Source: Eukaryota sp. TZLM1-RC (lineage: Eukaryota; Protista; Metamonada: BaSk clade). Taken from it: a DNA stretch of 64,000 nucleotides. The stretch spans positions 458,501 to 522,500 of the forward strand of contig JAUPSS010000007.1 of the NCBI GenBank assembly GCA_040285825.1. Direction: 5' to 3'. Both the position numbers and the translations under genes were made by a program. Shown piece after piece: positions 12,404-23,261 of this stretch; positions within the stretch are counted from its first letter, which is position 1; the number at the start of each line of letters is the position of its first letter. Under the pieces are notes generated by a model. It had not been told where the DNA came from. It saw only the letters and a program-made list of their open reading frames with translations, and made no database searches.

Positions 12404-13939
12404 AGGTCGGCCGATCTAAGTCGGATAGTTGATTAGATACCTTTTGAATAAAAAGGATCCAAGTTTCTGGCATAGATTTCCAAAACAATAAGCTTTAATA
12501 TATTAATTATTAAGAATTTATATTGTGTCAAAAATAGACACACATCTTTTGTGCCTTGTTTTTGAAATTGAACTTGGTTATGTATTCCACGTGTAATTAA
12601 TGTTTATTTATTGATGTAGTCAACAAAATGGTACTGACACATATTTCCTCACATTATTAAAAAGTTCTGGAACTATTGAAATGTATAGGCAATATCTTCA
12701 TTACTTGAGTGTAGTTTGGGCTTTCCCTAGGATAAACAAAATGTTGAATATTTATTGCATGTAAGTTCATGTGTTGTGAGCTAGCTAAAGGGTTTGTCAC
12801 CTCAATACCGGTTTCAATATGGAAATTCTGTTACGAACTAAGTGACAACAAGATCTGTATTTTGAAATGTGTGTGTACCTGGTCCGTTCCTCTTCAGCAA
12901 TCACTCTAGCATACCCATGAATTGTTCTCTTAAGTAATATCAAAAAGCTGCAAATGTCCGAAGGGAATCTTTTTACTGACAAAATCAGACATTGCGTACA
13001 GCGGAACTAAAACACAAATGGCCAGTTTATACTCACAATTATCACTAACGATTAGCAGTCAATTATTACAAGGTCTTTATAAAACAGAATCATAGGAATA
13101 CTTTGGATTGAACATGAAGTTAAAGTGTAGTACAACAAGTAACAAAATAGCAAGCAATAACAATGAATACCAACAGAGTCAATCACTGACACCAAATTTC
13201 AAACAATTGATTAATATGTACATGGGATTTTTGTGTAATGATGTTGCACAGACCTGCTACATATACAAGTCAAACAAATGCCAATTGTTCAACATCAACT
13301 TGAATTAACAGTGGGTCATAACATTGACCGGCAGTTACAAACCCTGCATTGATTTTTCAATTGTTTTATGTTTATCTTTTGCATATTCTTTAGGATGATT
13401 TGCCAGCAAATGGCATGGTGTACCAAGATTTACACGAATGTGGTTATTACTATTATTAAAAATTATTGAAAAACGAATGACTTACTCTTGTACCAATAGT
13501 ACTGTGTCTAGTTTTTGCGGAATTATTAAAATAGTAATAAAAACTGTAGATTTCAAAACGTTCAGCACAAAACTTAATTGAATGGAAAAGTTATTTTAGT
13601 CATTGTCAAGATTGTAATGAAAAAGTGGTTCTCTAACGCACAAACTCACCACCAGGTTTAATTAGTCATGAATAAGTGAGTTCTTTGCTCAGAAAATGAT
13701 GTTGTTGTAATGATAAAACAATTAAAAAATCTGAAAATATGTTTTACTGCAAAGAGATTTCAACATTTTTTTACTGTTTAATAGCCAAACCAATTGTTTC
13801 TGGTACATAGAAGGAAGAGGTTTCTTTTATTGATTTCACTTTAAAATTAAAAAAAACTATGCAAAACAACTAACTATCAAAAATCTAAAGCAATCCTTTG
13901 TGAAAAAACCTAGAATTAAAAGAAAACAGTTGTTAAATT

Positions 13940-15118
13940 AAAACTTACATGTTGTGTGATCAACACCTCATCAAAAAGCCAAAAAACGCAATGATTTTTG
14001 TAAGTTTTGAAAAGCTAATGGAAAATAATTCCATTCATTCGAAATCTGTCATCCACGGTGATTTAAAGCCTGAAAACATATTCCTTGAAATTGCTGAAAA
14101 AGCCAATTCCACTTCTTTGACAATTAAATCAAATAGTAATTGATTCTTTTCAGTATCTCTGTTAGCCGGTGATCGTATCATCAAATCTTAGAGAGTGTAA
14201 CTTCTCATGTGATCAGAAGGAGGATGTTAATCCTTTTTAGGATCCTAGAGAAATTACATAAGATTCCTTCAAACCTCAATAAAAGCAAACATAACAATGC
14301 AATATCAAATTCATTTGTTAACATTCTTAAGTTTTATTTATTGAGATTGAAACCAACTCAACTCCCTGATTCAGAACATCTACGAAACATTTGCAATGAT
14401 TTAACTAATGTTGTTAAAAATAATAGTAAATGCCTTCAAGCCACTGTTATTGCGATAACTAAGTTTTTCATCTGTAGATTGTTGACTGGGGAATATAATG
14501 AATCAAAAACCAATACTGAGCTATTTTCTGATTACGTCAATCATGTAATCCAACTACAAACTTGTAGAAATGGAGCACGTGTTGATGCTTTTAGAAAGTC
14601 TGCTAATGAGGCTTTTAAGACCAAATTATTGAGGACCAAATTAAAAAGACCAAATTATTGAGGATTTGAGTCAAGAAAATGAACATTTACGCCAATTTGT
14701 AGTCAAATTATGATCTTTTTCATAAGTTGAAATACTGTTAAACTTTGGTGGGGATGAAATAAAAGCAGAAAACGTAAACCAAGACCAACGACTGCGGAAA
14801 TGCATCTGGAAGAGGTATGTTGTGGGGGATAATGTGCGATCGATCGGAGGCAACCAGGCTATAGAAACAATCGTTGTCGCTGTGGCACGGGCAATGAAAT
14901 GATGCATTGGATAGACATTGAGCATTAGATAGACATTAGATAGCATTAGATAGACATTGAGTATTAACTATGGGGAGAGTGACAAGAATAAGCGATGAGG
15001 ATTTCAAAATGTCCTTTGACGAAGATACGATGCAGAGCTCGATGAGATTGAAATTGGATTTGCAAATGAACACGAATGGAGCAATGACTGGGTGATGATC
15101 ACAGAACATGTAAGTTTT
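13940..15118. repeat. Cassette bounded by 28-bp inverted repeats, containing a kinase fragment (diverged member)
   Basis: AAAACTTACATGTTGTGTGATCAACACC at 13940-13967 and its reverse complement (2 mismatches) at 15091-15118. HSKSVIHGDLKPENIFL at ~14035-14087. Confidence 0.65.
14910..14966 (+). repeat. Short minisatellite (ATAGACATT/AGCATTAG units)
   Basis: atagacattgagcattagatagacattagatagcattagatagacattgagtatta. Confidence 0.7.
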
Positions 15119-15619
15119 GTAGAGAGCATGCTATTGTTAAGAGGAGGCTGATGCATAAATTCAAAATGGAATTGAATTTGAACGGATAATGAGTCACAGT
15201 GACGTGGCATCAATTATTAATTTAATCATTCATTGGAAGAAAGTCGAACTAATTCAACTAGGTTTCAATCGTTTATAATATGAATGAATGATAAAATCTA
15301 TTAACTGACATGTATCTCTTGTTTTACTGAATACTGATCCTTAATTGTCATTATTCAGACAATTTTCCAATGAAAATTGCTGCCTAGAGTCTTGGAAAAT
15401 AATTGGTGGAATCAACACTAAATGACAAACTGAATCGAAAAACTAGAAAATTGTACCTATAAACAAATGATGCTGAACACCTACTGACCAACTATTGTCA
15501 ATTAAGCATTTTTCTAAATTAATGTTACACTTTATTTTTGTGAGATGGAGTTTTAAAACTAATCCAGTATTAAAACTAATCCTAACCCTTACCTAATATA
15601 ATACAACGAGCCAAACACT

Positions 15620-16324
15620 TCACCTCCTAGTACGATGTTCATAAACTACAACCTGTTCATACTCGCTTGTCTCAATAGCATATCTGATTTCATTATGACC
15701 CTCAGCATCAGGGTCAGCCCTAATCACCTTCCGATCACGTTTATTTTTGAACAACAAACCGAGATCAGGATCAGCAACTACCTCAAAATTTGGCGAATTC
15801 TGACTAGACACCGTTTGAGTCTCCCAATTGAAATAAGAAAGGTCAGAATTGCGTGGAAGTAAACGTGATTCTGAGCTAGGGTCAAAATAAGACCTAAAGT
15901 TATCTGTACGAAGCCTGTCTGCGTAGTCAATGTATCCAGAAATCTCCTGTCCTTTTGAGTTTCGGTCCCTAATGAAGATGATAATGGAGAGCTTACCACT
16001 CTTTACCGCCCTCTCGTACTTGGCTAGGAGAGAGAGTAAGGGGAACTCTGAGAGGTCAAAGCCGCTAGACTCAAGACGTTCCTCTTGTGCTCTTCTACGG
16101 TTGAGATTGCCCTCTTCGATTTCACGGCGTTTCTGGTCAAACTCTTCACGAGAAAGGGTATCCCCGGAACCTTTAAATCCAAGTTCAACTAAGTTACGAG
16201 CTAGTTCCTGACTTTCAAGATAGAAGAGGTCCTGCTCGCTGATTTGTGAATCAAGGTATTCCTCATAAGTTATGCCAGAGTCTATAAGTTGCTTGGCGAG
16301 GTTTTGGGACTCTGAAAAGTACAT
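15620..16324 (-). CDS. CFAP299: Cilia- and flagella-associated protein 299 (C4orf22/DUF4464 family); start codon uncertain
   Basis: YEEYLDSQI..DLFYLE..LARNLVELGF, GKLSIIIFIRDRNSKGQEISGYIDYADRL and LLFKNKRDRK closely match remembered CFAP299 sequence. First in-frame ATG is at 16324. Confidence 0.88.
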   Translation of the reverse strand: MYFSESQNLAKQLIDSGITYEEYLDSQISEQDLFYLESQELARNLVELGFKGSGDTLSREEFDQKRREIEEGNLNRRRAQEERLESSGFDLSEFPLLSLLAKYERAVKSGKLSIIIFIRDRNSKGQEISGYIDYADRLRTDNFRSYFDPSSESRLLPRNSDLSYFNWETQTVSSQNSPNFEVVADPDLGLLFKNKRDRKVIRADPDAEGHNEIRYAIETSEYEQVVVYEHRTRR

Positions 16325-17992
16325 TAAAGTTATCACTTTTGGAAGTGTTTTCCCTGAACAATCATCAATTTACATACACATAAAGTTGCTTAGTTTTCAT
16401 TGAGCCACAAACTCTAGATTCAAGTCCATGCATTCTGCCTTTGTTGGCAATTTCCAAAGTTGAATTGATTTTACTGTGTGACACCTATTATAGAGTGTGT
16501 GTTTTGGTTTATTAACAAATACATCGAAACACAAGCAACAAAAATTTTTGCAACATTTTAATGGACAGAAAAAGTAAAAACCCAATTGGAGTTGCTCGAA
16601 ACAGTTTCCTATTTTATATATTCATGGAGTGCAAAGTGCAATCTTCAATGCATAATTGCATAGTCAAAGGTTTTACGCAAAAAATGAACGCTAATCATCA
16701 TTGGTTGTCCGTTTTGATTGATCTACCTCAAATTTGACTCAACAGAACTAATTAATTACTACTTTCTCAATTACTACGTTCTTAATTTTAATACCTACAG
16801 CAGATAACCGTTATCGATAAAAAATTCGTCAAAAAACGCCTAATGGATTTAAACTATTAACTTATTGTATGTTCATTATGTTGATCTGCTGCATTGAAAT
16901 AATCCAAGTTACCAAATTATGAATTATACATTTCAGCTAAACAAAAACAGGATTCAATTTTAGATAGACATTTTCTACAAACATTTTTTTGGACTAGTAT
17001 GATTTCTACTTTAATCTACACAAATCAGTATGAAAAATGTCCTAGGCTTGTCACTGAGTTGATACCTAATCATATGCTCTGTAAAAAACACCATATTGTG
17101 AATAAATAAACCCTTTGTGCTATAAATAGTGTGTCCTTAACATCAGAGACCGATTGAATCGGCAGATAAATAATTTAATGTTTTCAAATTTTTGAATAGA
17201 AAGCTTGAATTTCTCGGATGATGACATAATGAATACTTATCGAAAAAAATGAATAAAAACATGATGTTTTTCCAACTGATCTTTCATTTTCAAAAATAAA
17301 AGATTTTCGACTTTGAATCAAATAACAAATCAGTAAGTGTTCTCTAACCTTTGTGGTTGAATGATAAAAATGGAGCACACAACACTTGTCAGATACATTT
17401 TGATGAACAGCTCATCAATTGGATATTCGGATCTGCAGATGGTCTATTTCTTGAAGGTGGAGTTGTAAACGTTGTTGAGCATTTTATTAAATGTTATGAT
17501 TGTACGCGATTGTATTTATGATCTGTTAAATTGTGAACATCGTCCAGTTGAAGAACCACTGTTTGATGAATTAAATTTCTTTCAGCCAAAAACGTGGTGA
17601 CACTCAATGTGCATAGTTTGATAAAACCGAAGTAATAATTGTATGTACCACCGTAGAAAAGGAGTTCCAATTCTGACATTCAACATTTACAAAATCATTT
17701 AAAAAATTTTACTGAAAATTTTTGAGCTTTCCAAAAAATGAAAATACCAACTTTCACTTCAACGTCAATGGAGTAAGTAGACAGATCAAATTTGTCCAAA
17801 TTGCCGATGTAATTATTGGTGCATTTGCAAGTGATGATCTAGACTTTTTAGCTGATTTAGGAAAACTTCTCAAAGAAAGTGGTTGTACATTTGACTTTCT
17901 GATTTGAAAGGTCAGAATCGGATTTTTGTTGTGGAAAGTTCGTCCAAATTGTATGAAATCCTTTTTTAATTCCGAATTTCATAACAAGCGTG

Positions 17993-18151
17993 TGATGATC
18001 TGCGGGGGTTAGACATAGAATACCTGAAATGTAAAGTAATTTATTACAAGGGAAAGAGGATTTCCCTTAACTTAAGAGCGTGGGCGCAATGATACAATAA
18101 ACTATAAATGAACTATAAATAAACTATTATAAATATTATCCAAGGCTAACA
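17993..18151 (-). repeat. 3' LTR of the Gypsy element (159 bp)
   Basis: Direct repeat of 23114-23261, with an extra GAACTATAAAT unit. Confidence 0.93.
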
Positions 18152-21100
18152 CTGCCCTTTCTTCTTTTCGAGCGTCGAGGCCTGAAAGGAGTAGCATTAA
18201 CATTATTATTAATATTATCAGAACGACGTTTACGGCGTGAAGGATGAGAGCGAGTATTAGATAGAGACTTGGAGATTTCTTTGTAAGTAGAGGTGTTTTG
18301 AACAGTCGAAATCAGCTCAGTGGTAATATGATTGCCAGGACGTTGTACTTGACAGTAATCACCATCCTGACTGAAGACTTTCTGAATCACGTGCTCTTCA
18401 GCATCGCCAGCAGCAACCCAGGAGTGAAATTCATCATCTGCTGGTAAACTGGAATGCCAAGGTTGGAGGTGCTTCACACTGGCTTTAACAACCATACCAG
18501 TACACAGATTCTTGATATCAGCTGAGGAGGTAGAGGGTGTGTCAATAACTAAGAGTGGCCCTTTGTAATTACCGTGTAACTTAGCCGTGGAAGACGAAGC
18601 TCGTTTCACCAATTGGCCAGGAGAGAAAGGGTTGGCTTCGATTTGGGAATCACGAGGAGGAGCCTTGGAAGCTTGACGGAGCTCTGCTTCCTCCTGTTTC
18701 TTCTTCAATCTAGCAAATTTAGATTGAATGTCGTTGATGTATGTTGACTCAGACGTTGAGCTTTCTAAGGTCTCTATAATTTTGCCGGGGTCAGCTCTGG
18801 GGCTAAAATCTGAACCAAACATGAGCTTGTATGGAGAGTAACCTGTAATCGAACTCTTGGATGAGTTGATTAACAATTGTACATAGGGTATGTACTCTGA
18901 CCATGCATTGTAGGCGTTAAAGTCTACGAGCAGCTTCCTCAAATTCTGCAGAGTGTCACGGTGACGGCGTTCGACTAAACCGTTGAACTCAGAGAAGTGA
19001 GGGACGGACTTTGAGACCTCTATGCCAAAAAACTCATATAGAGCGTCGAAGACAGCTTTTGAGAACTCTGAACCGTTGTCACTATGAACTATGAATGGGA
19101 TGCCGAATATCGCACATACCTTCCATATGAGAGCGTCAGCGGTAAGGTTGGCGTTGAGTTCTTTGAGAGGGACTATGATAGTGAACCTCGTGAAGCTATC
19201 CACAAACACAAGAATGTATCTGTGGCCATCTTGATCTTCTTGAAGAGGACCAATGACGTCGACGTTAACTCTTGCAAATGGTCTGTCAGCCCACAAGGAA
19301 GCAGTTGTAGGGACATGCAGTTTGGGGACTGGTGCTGTCTTCTGACAGGAGGGGCATTCCTGGACGTGCTTGATCATGTCAGAAAGCATGTTGGGCCACC
19401 AGTAGTCGCTGTTCTTGAGTCTGAGGAGACTTTCTGCCTTACTGGGGTGGCCACCTTGCGGGAGTCCATGTAGAAGGTTAAGCGTATCCTTAACCAGTGA
19501 TTGAGGAATCACGATTTTGTGCTCTGGAATTAGATAAAGATCTAGACGACTATCCAAAGTACAGTTGTTTAACGAGGTGTCCTGGTTAGCGAAGGCTCGC
19601 CTTTGTTCGGACCTGATCTTGTAGAGCCATGGCTCGAAGAGTGGAAGGTCATTGGGGCATTTTTCTTGAAGGATAAGCACCTTCTCGAATGTATGGAGAT
19701 CTTCAACGAAGCATCTCTCTGACTCAGTTTCGTCAATCCTATTAGTGTAGAAGATAGGGTGAAACTCTTGGTCGTTGGAATGGACCAGATGGTTGATGGT
19801 ATGGTTGTCTTGGGGCGGTACTATCCTAGATAGCATGTCTGCCCAATGGTTCTCTTCCCCTTTGGTATGAACGATGTCGAATAGGAACTCAGAAAAGATG
19901 GGAAGTCACCTTCTGACTATTCTGTTTTTGTTCAGAGCGGTCAGCATGTAAGTAAGGTTTTGGTGATCTGTGAAAATGATGAGACGCCTTCCTTTGAGGT
20001 AGTTCTCGAAGCCACTTTTGGTAAGCATGAGAAGGATAGCATAAAGCTCCTTCTGTACCGTGGGCCAGTTCTGCTGGGAGTTAGTCAACAATCTGCTGAA
20101 GAAGCTGATTGGTCTACATTTCCTATTGAGTAAGGAAGTACCAGGGTCCTTAGTGGGTCCTATTTGTTCCCAAATCACGCCGCCAACTGCTATATCAGAG
20201 GCATCACAACTAATTAGTACTTGGTTATCCACCGGAGGTAAGTTTAGAGGCATATGTTCCGCGATCAGACGTTTGATTTCGGCTAAATGGTAGTCGTGAG
20301 TGTCTTTCCACTGCAACCGACGTGGTTTGCCATGTGTTAATTTGATGATCGGGGCAACATGCTTGGTTACCTGGGGAAGCCATTCCCTAATGAAGTTGGC
20401 TGAGCCGATAAGGCTACGGGCGTCTTTCACAGTCGTAGGTCTGGGAAGGTTCAGTAAAGACTCCGTGCATGTAGGATCTATGGTCCTGGTTTTGTGTTGG
20501 AATTTGCTACCAAGGTTTTTCTTGGGTGTCTAGAGGACAGAAAATGGCACTTGGAAAATCCAAGGCTAACTCTACAGGTTCGAGCCTTCTCAAGGACACG
20601 TCTCAAGGAACTCGTTGAAAGTTCTACCTACTATAATGATGTCATCTATATAGATGAATACACCGTCTCTGGAGAAGATCTCTGCCATAACGTTCTGGAA
20701 AACTGCAGGAACGTTCTTGAGGCCGAAAGCAGCACGTTTAAACATGATACTTTTGCCAGGGATGCTTAAGGCAGTCTTCTCCCAGTCCTTTTCTGCAATT
20801 TTTAGTTGCCAAAAGGCTTTGGGGAGGTCAAGGGTACCGATGAAATTGGCTTCCGAAAGGAAGACTAGCACATCGGATATTCTAGGGAGATTAGGTTCAA
20901 CGGGAACAGTGTTGGCGTTGACTCCGTCCTTGCCGCTGTAATCACCAGTAATGCGAGGCTTACGATGATCAGGGTATACCACAAGACATATTGGAGAGCT
21001 GAACTCATGGTTCGATGGTACAGCAAATCCAGACTCGACGAGTTCATCGAACATCTGTTCGGCGACTTTCTGCTTCTCGGGGTTTAACCTACGAGGGGGT

Positions 21101-21345
21101 CGTCTGACTCGAATGCTTTCATCATGAAAGTTGATCTCCATTGGAGACATCTGAGACTTGGGAGATTCGATGGTCGAATTCAGCCTCAGGCAGAAGTAAT
21201 GTACGATGTTCCTCATCCATCTTGATGAAGAGGCCTTCATCGTTCAATAAGCCTAGGTGATGCAACAGGTCTCTACCAATTAGTAACATATTGTTGCCAG
21301 GAATGATGGCCAAGCTATGTTTCACATGTACTAGTTGGGTTACAC
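18136..21345 (-). pseudogene. Gypsy pol (RT, RNase H, integrase), with frameshifts and a premature TGA
   Basis: RT motifs LDLPKAFWQL, FGLKNVPAVFQ, YIDDII. RNase H motifs CDASDIAVGG, FTDHQNL. An in-frame TGA at 19906-19908 replaces the conserved W (RIVRRW). Integrase HHCC and D,D,E motifs (VNVDVIG, HSDNGSEF, VERRH). Confidence 0.9.
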
Positions 21346-22820
21346 TACCGAGTCTGAAGCTCAGTGTGCCTTTTGCTGATCCTAAAGTTAATGCAATGGT
21401 TTGTCTTTACCATGTTGCATCTCTCTGCTAAGTCAACAGTGATGACTGATATCGAAGCTCCAGAGTCGATGATCCCTTCTATTTCACAATTATTTATTGA
21501 AAAATTCAATTTTAAATTTTTGCGTGCGACATCGGAGGTGTGGACCATGAAGATATCGCTATGGGACTCTGAGTCTGGGTTCGAGTCGAACTCATAATTG
21601 AAACAAGGTTTATTTGGTGTTTCGATCGTTGTAGCTGCTTTAAGATTCTGGGTAGTTAAATGATTAGTTAAACACTTAATCCACTGGTTGGAGACTGAGG
21701 TTTGTTTCGATGGTGTTTTACATGTTGGAGAGCTGTTTCGCACTATTGAAAACAATGAACATTTGCTGGAACATTGCTTTGGTGTATTACAAGTTGGAGA
21801 GCTATCTTGCTCTATAGTAAACAGTGGGTATTTATGTGCACGTTTATTACTGCTGGAAGGGCCCTTGCCTCTTCCTCTACGTCTACCTCTGCCTCTACTA
21901 CTACTACCTCTTGCCAAATATGCTTGAACTGCATCTGGGTTTGCATCTCGCCACTGCTTGGATCGCTGGCAATCAGGGTCAGGACATTCGTTAATAGTGT
22001 GGCCTGGAATACCACAGAATCTACAGAGACCAGCTTTATCTCTTTCTTTCTTAATTTGTGACTTGCTCCTTTTGCTAAGTTGAGCAGGGGCGACGCTGGA
22101 ACCCGCAGGCTTAAATTTGCCTATTCGTTTCTTGTCCTTTGGGTTTGTTCTAACATAGTGACCCATATGTTGTTGATAGCTATCACTTATGTTGGCCCTT
22201 TGCTCATCGTAGGATCTTGCTGAACACCAATTCATGTATTCAGCAGCCAGGATGTCAACAAATTGTTGTAATGTATGGTGTTGCCAAACATCGGGTGTGG
22301 ACCATACAGTTCTCAGATTGTCGCTGATGGCCTGGATACCAACAGAATCAATCATATGGGTTGCAATTTCCCGGTTTTGAATGCGCTGTAGGAAATGTTG
22401 ACCATACATGGCACGATGGCTTGCCTTGACGTCAGAAATGGCAGTACTTCGTGAACTTGTTCTCATCAACCTCACAGTGAAGTCGCCCCAGCGATTCCTA
22501 AAGTCATGAATATTCCAATTCATCTGGACTCTATATAACTGATTCCTCGCTGTTTCTAATGTGCTATACTGGCTGAGGTGTAAAATTGATTCCCATATTT
22601 GGTTCTCATTTATGTTGTCGATAGCTGAGATACTATCAGACATAGTCGAAAACCTGCCTTGGGCTCTCAGAGCGGCCAAGCACTCTGGAGTAACACAGGA
22701 GGCAATCCTACGAGGGTCGCCCTGAGCAGCAGCTCTGAATCGGTCCCACTCGTGGAGAGAGGAACAGGAAGACTGATAGGAACCACAGGAACATCCATAG
22801 ATGGAGTGGAACCTTGACAT
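21345..22820 (-). CDS. Gypsy gag-protease ORF (frameshifted at the protease C-terminus)
   Basis: CCHC knuckle CRFCGIPGHTINEC and aspartic protease motif IIDSGAS. Confidence 0.85.
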   Translation of the reverse strand: MSRFHSIYGCSCGSYQSSCSSLHEWDRFRAAAQGDPRRIASCVTPECLAALRAQGRFSTMSDSISAIDNINENQIWESILHLSQYSTLETARNQLYRVQMNWNIHDFRNRWGDFTVRLMRTSSRSTAISDVKASHRAMYGQHFLQRIQNREIATHMIDSVGIQAISDNLRTVWSTPDVWQHHTLQQFVDILAAEYMNWCSARSYDEQRANISDSYQQHMGHYVRTNPKDKKRIGKFKPAGSSVAPAQLSKRSKSQIKKERDKAGLCRFCGIPGHTINECPDPDCQRSKQWRDANPDAVQAYLARGSSSRGRGRRRGRGKGPSSSNKRAHKYPLFTIEQDSSPTCNTPKQCSSKCSLFSIVRNSSPTCKTPSKQTSVSNQWIKCLTNHLTTQNLKAATTIETPNKPCFNYEFDSNPDSESHSDIFMVHTSDVARKNLKLNFSINNCEIEGIIDSGASISVITVDLAERCNMVKTNHCINFRISKRHTELQTR

Positions 22821-23113
22821 GGAGGGTGAGAGGAAGTATCACTTCTCTCGCCACCAGAGGGTAGTTCTGTTCCCAACTGAGGAGTTTGGGAGGAAGAACT
22901 TGAAGCATTGGGTTGCGTGGCAGAATCTCCGGAAGGAGGAGTCGACACAGGAGGAGGAGAAGCATTGCTTCCCTCGGACCCAGTTGCCAACGGTTGTTCT
23001 GGTCCCGACTGAGGAGTTCGGGAGGAAAAACTCGAAAGGTGAGACGTAAGAGGATCAGTCCTACCAGTCTCGGAGGTGTCATTGGAACCACCCAAAGGTG
23101 ATCCAATACGTAT

Positions 23114-23261
23114 TGATGATTTGCGGGGGTTAGACATAGTATACCTGAAATGTAAAGTAGTTTATTTTAAGGGAAAGAGGATTTCCCTTAACCTAAGCGC
23201 GTGGGCGCATTGATACAATAAACTATAAATAAACTATTATAAATATTATCCAAGGCTAACA
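23114..23261 (-). repeat. 5' LTR of the Gypsy element (148 bp)
   Basis: Direct repeat of 17993-18151; TG...CA ends. Confidence 0.93.

Larger units (their letters stand above)
17993..23261 (-). mobile_element. Full-length but disabled Ty3/Gypsy LTR retrotransposon
   Basis: TG..CA LTRs at 17993-18151 and 23114-23261 (8 substitutions plus an 11-bp indel). 4-bp TSD CGTG at 17989-17992 and 23262-23265. PPT AAAAGAAGAAAGGG next to the 3' LTR. Domain order gag-PR-RT-RH-IN. Confidence 0.95.

Noticed and set aside
12420-13900. Short ORFs (12797-12982, 13108-13308) as genes
   Set aside because: No recognisable motifs and non-ATG starts; they look like AT-rich intergenic or decayed sequence.
14209-14661. 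150-aa ORF as a functional gene
   Set aside because: GTG start, no recognisable domain, and it sits inside a decayed cassette.
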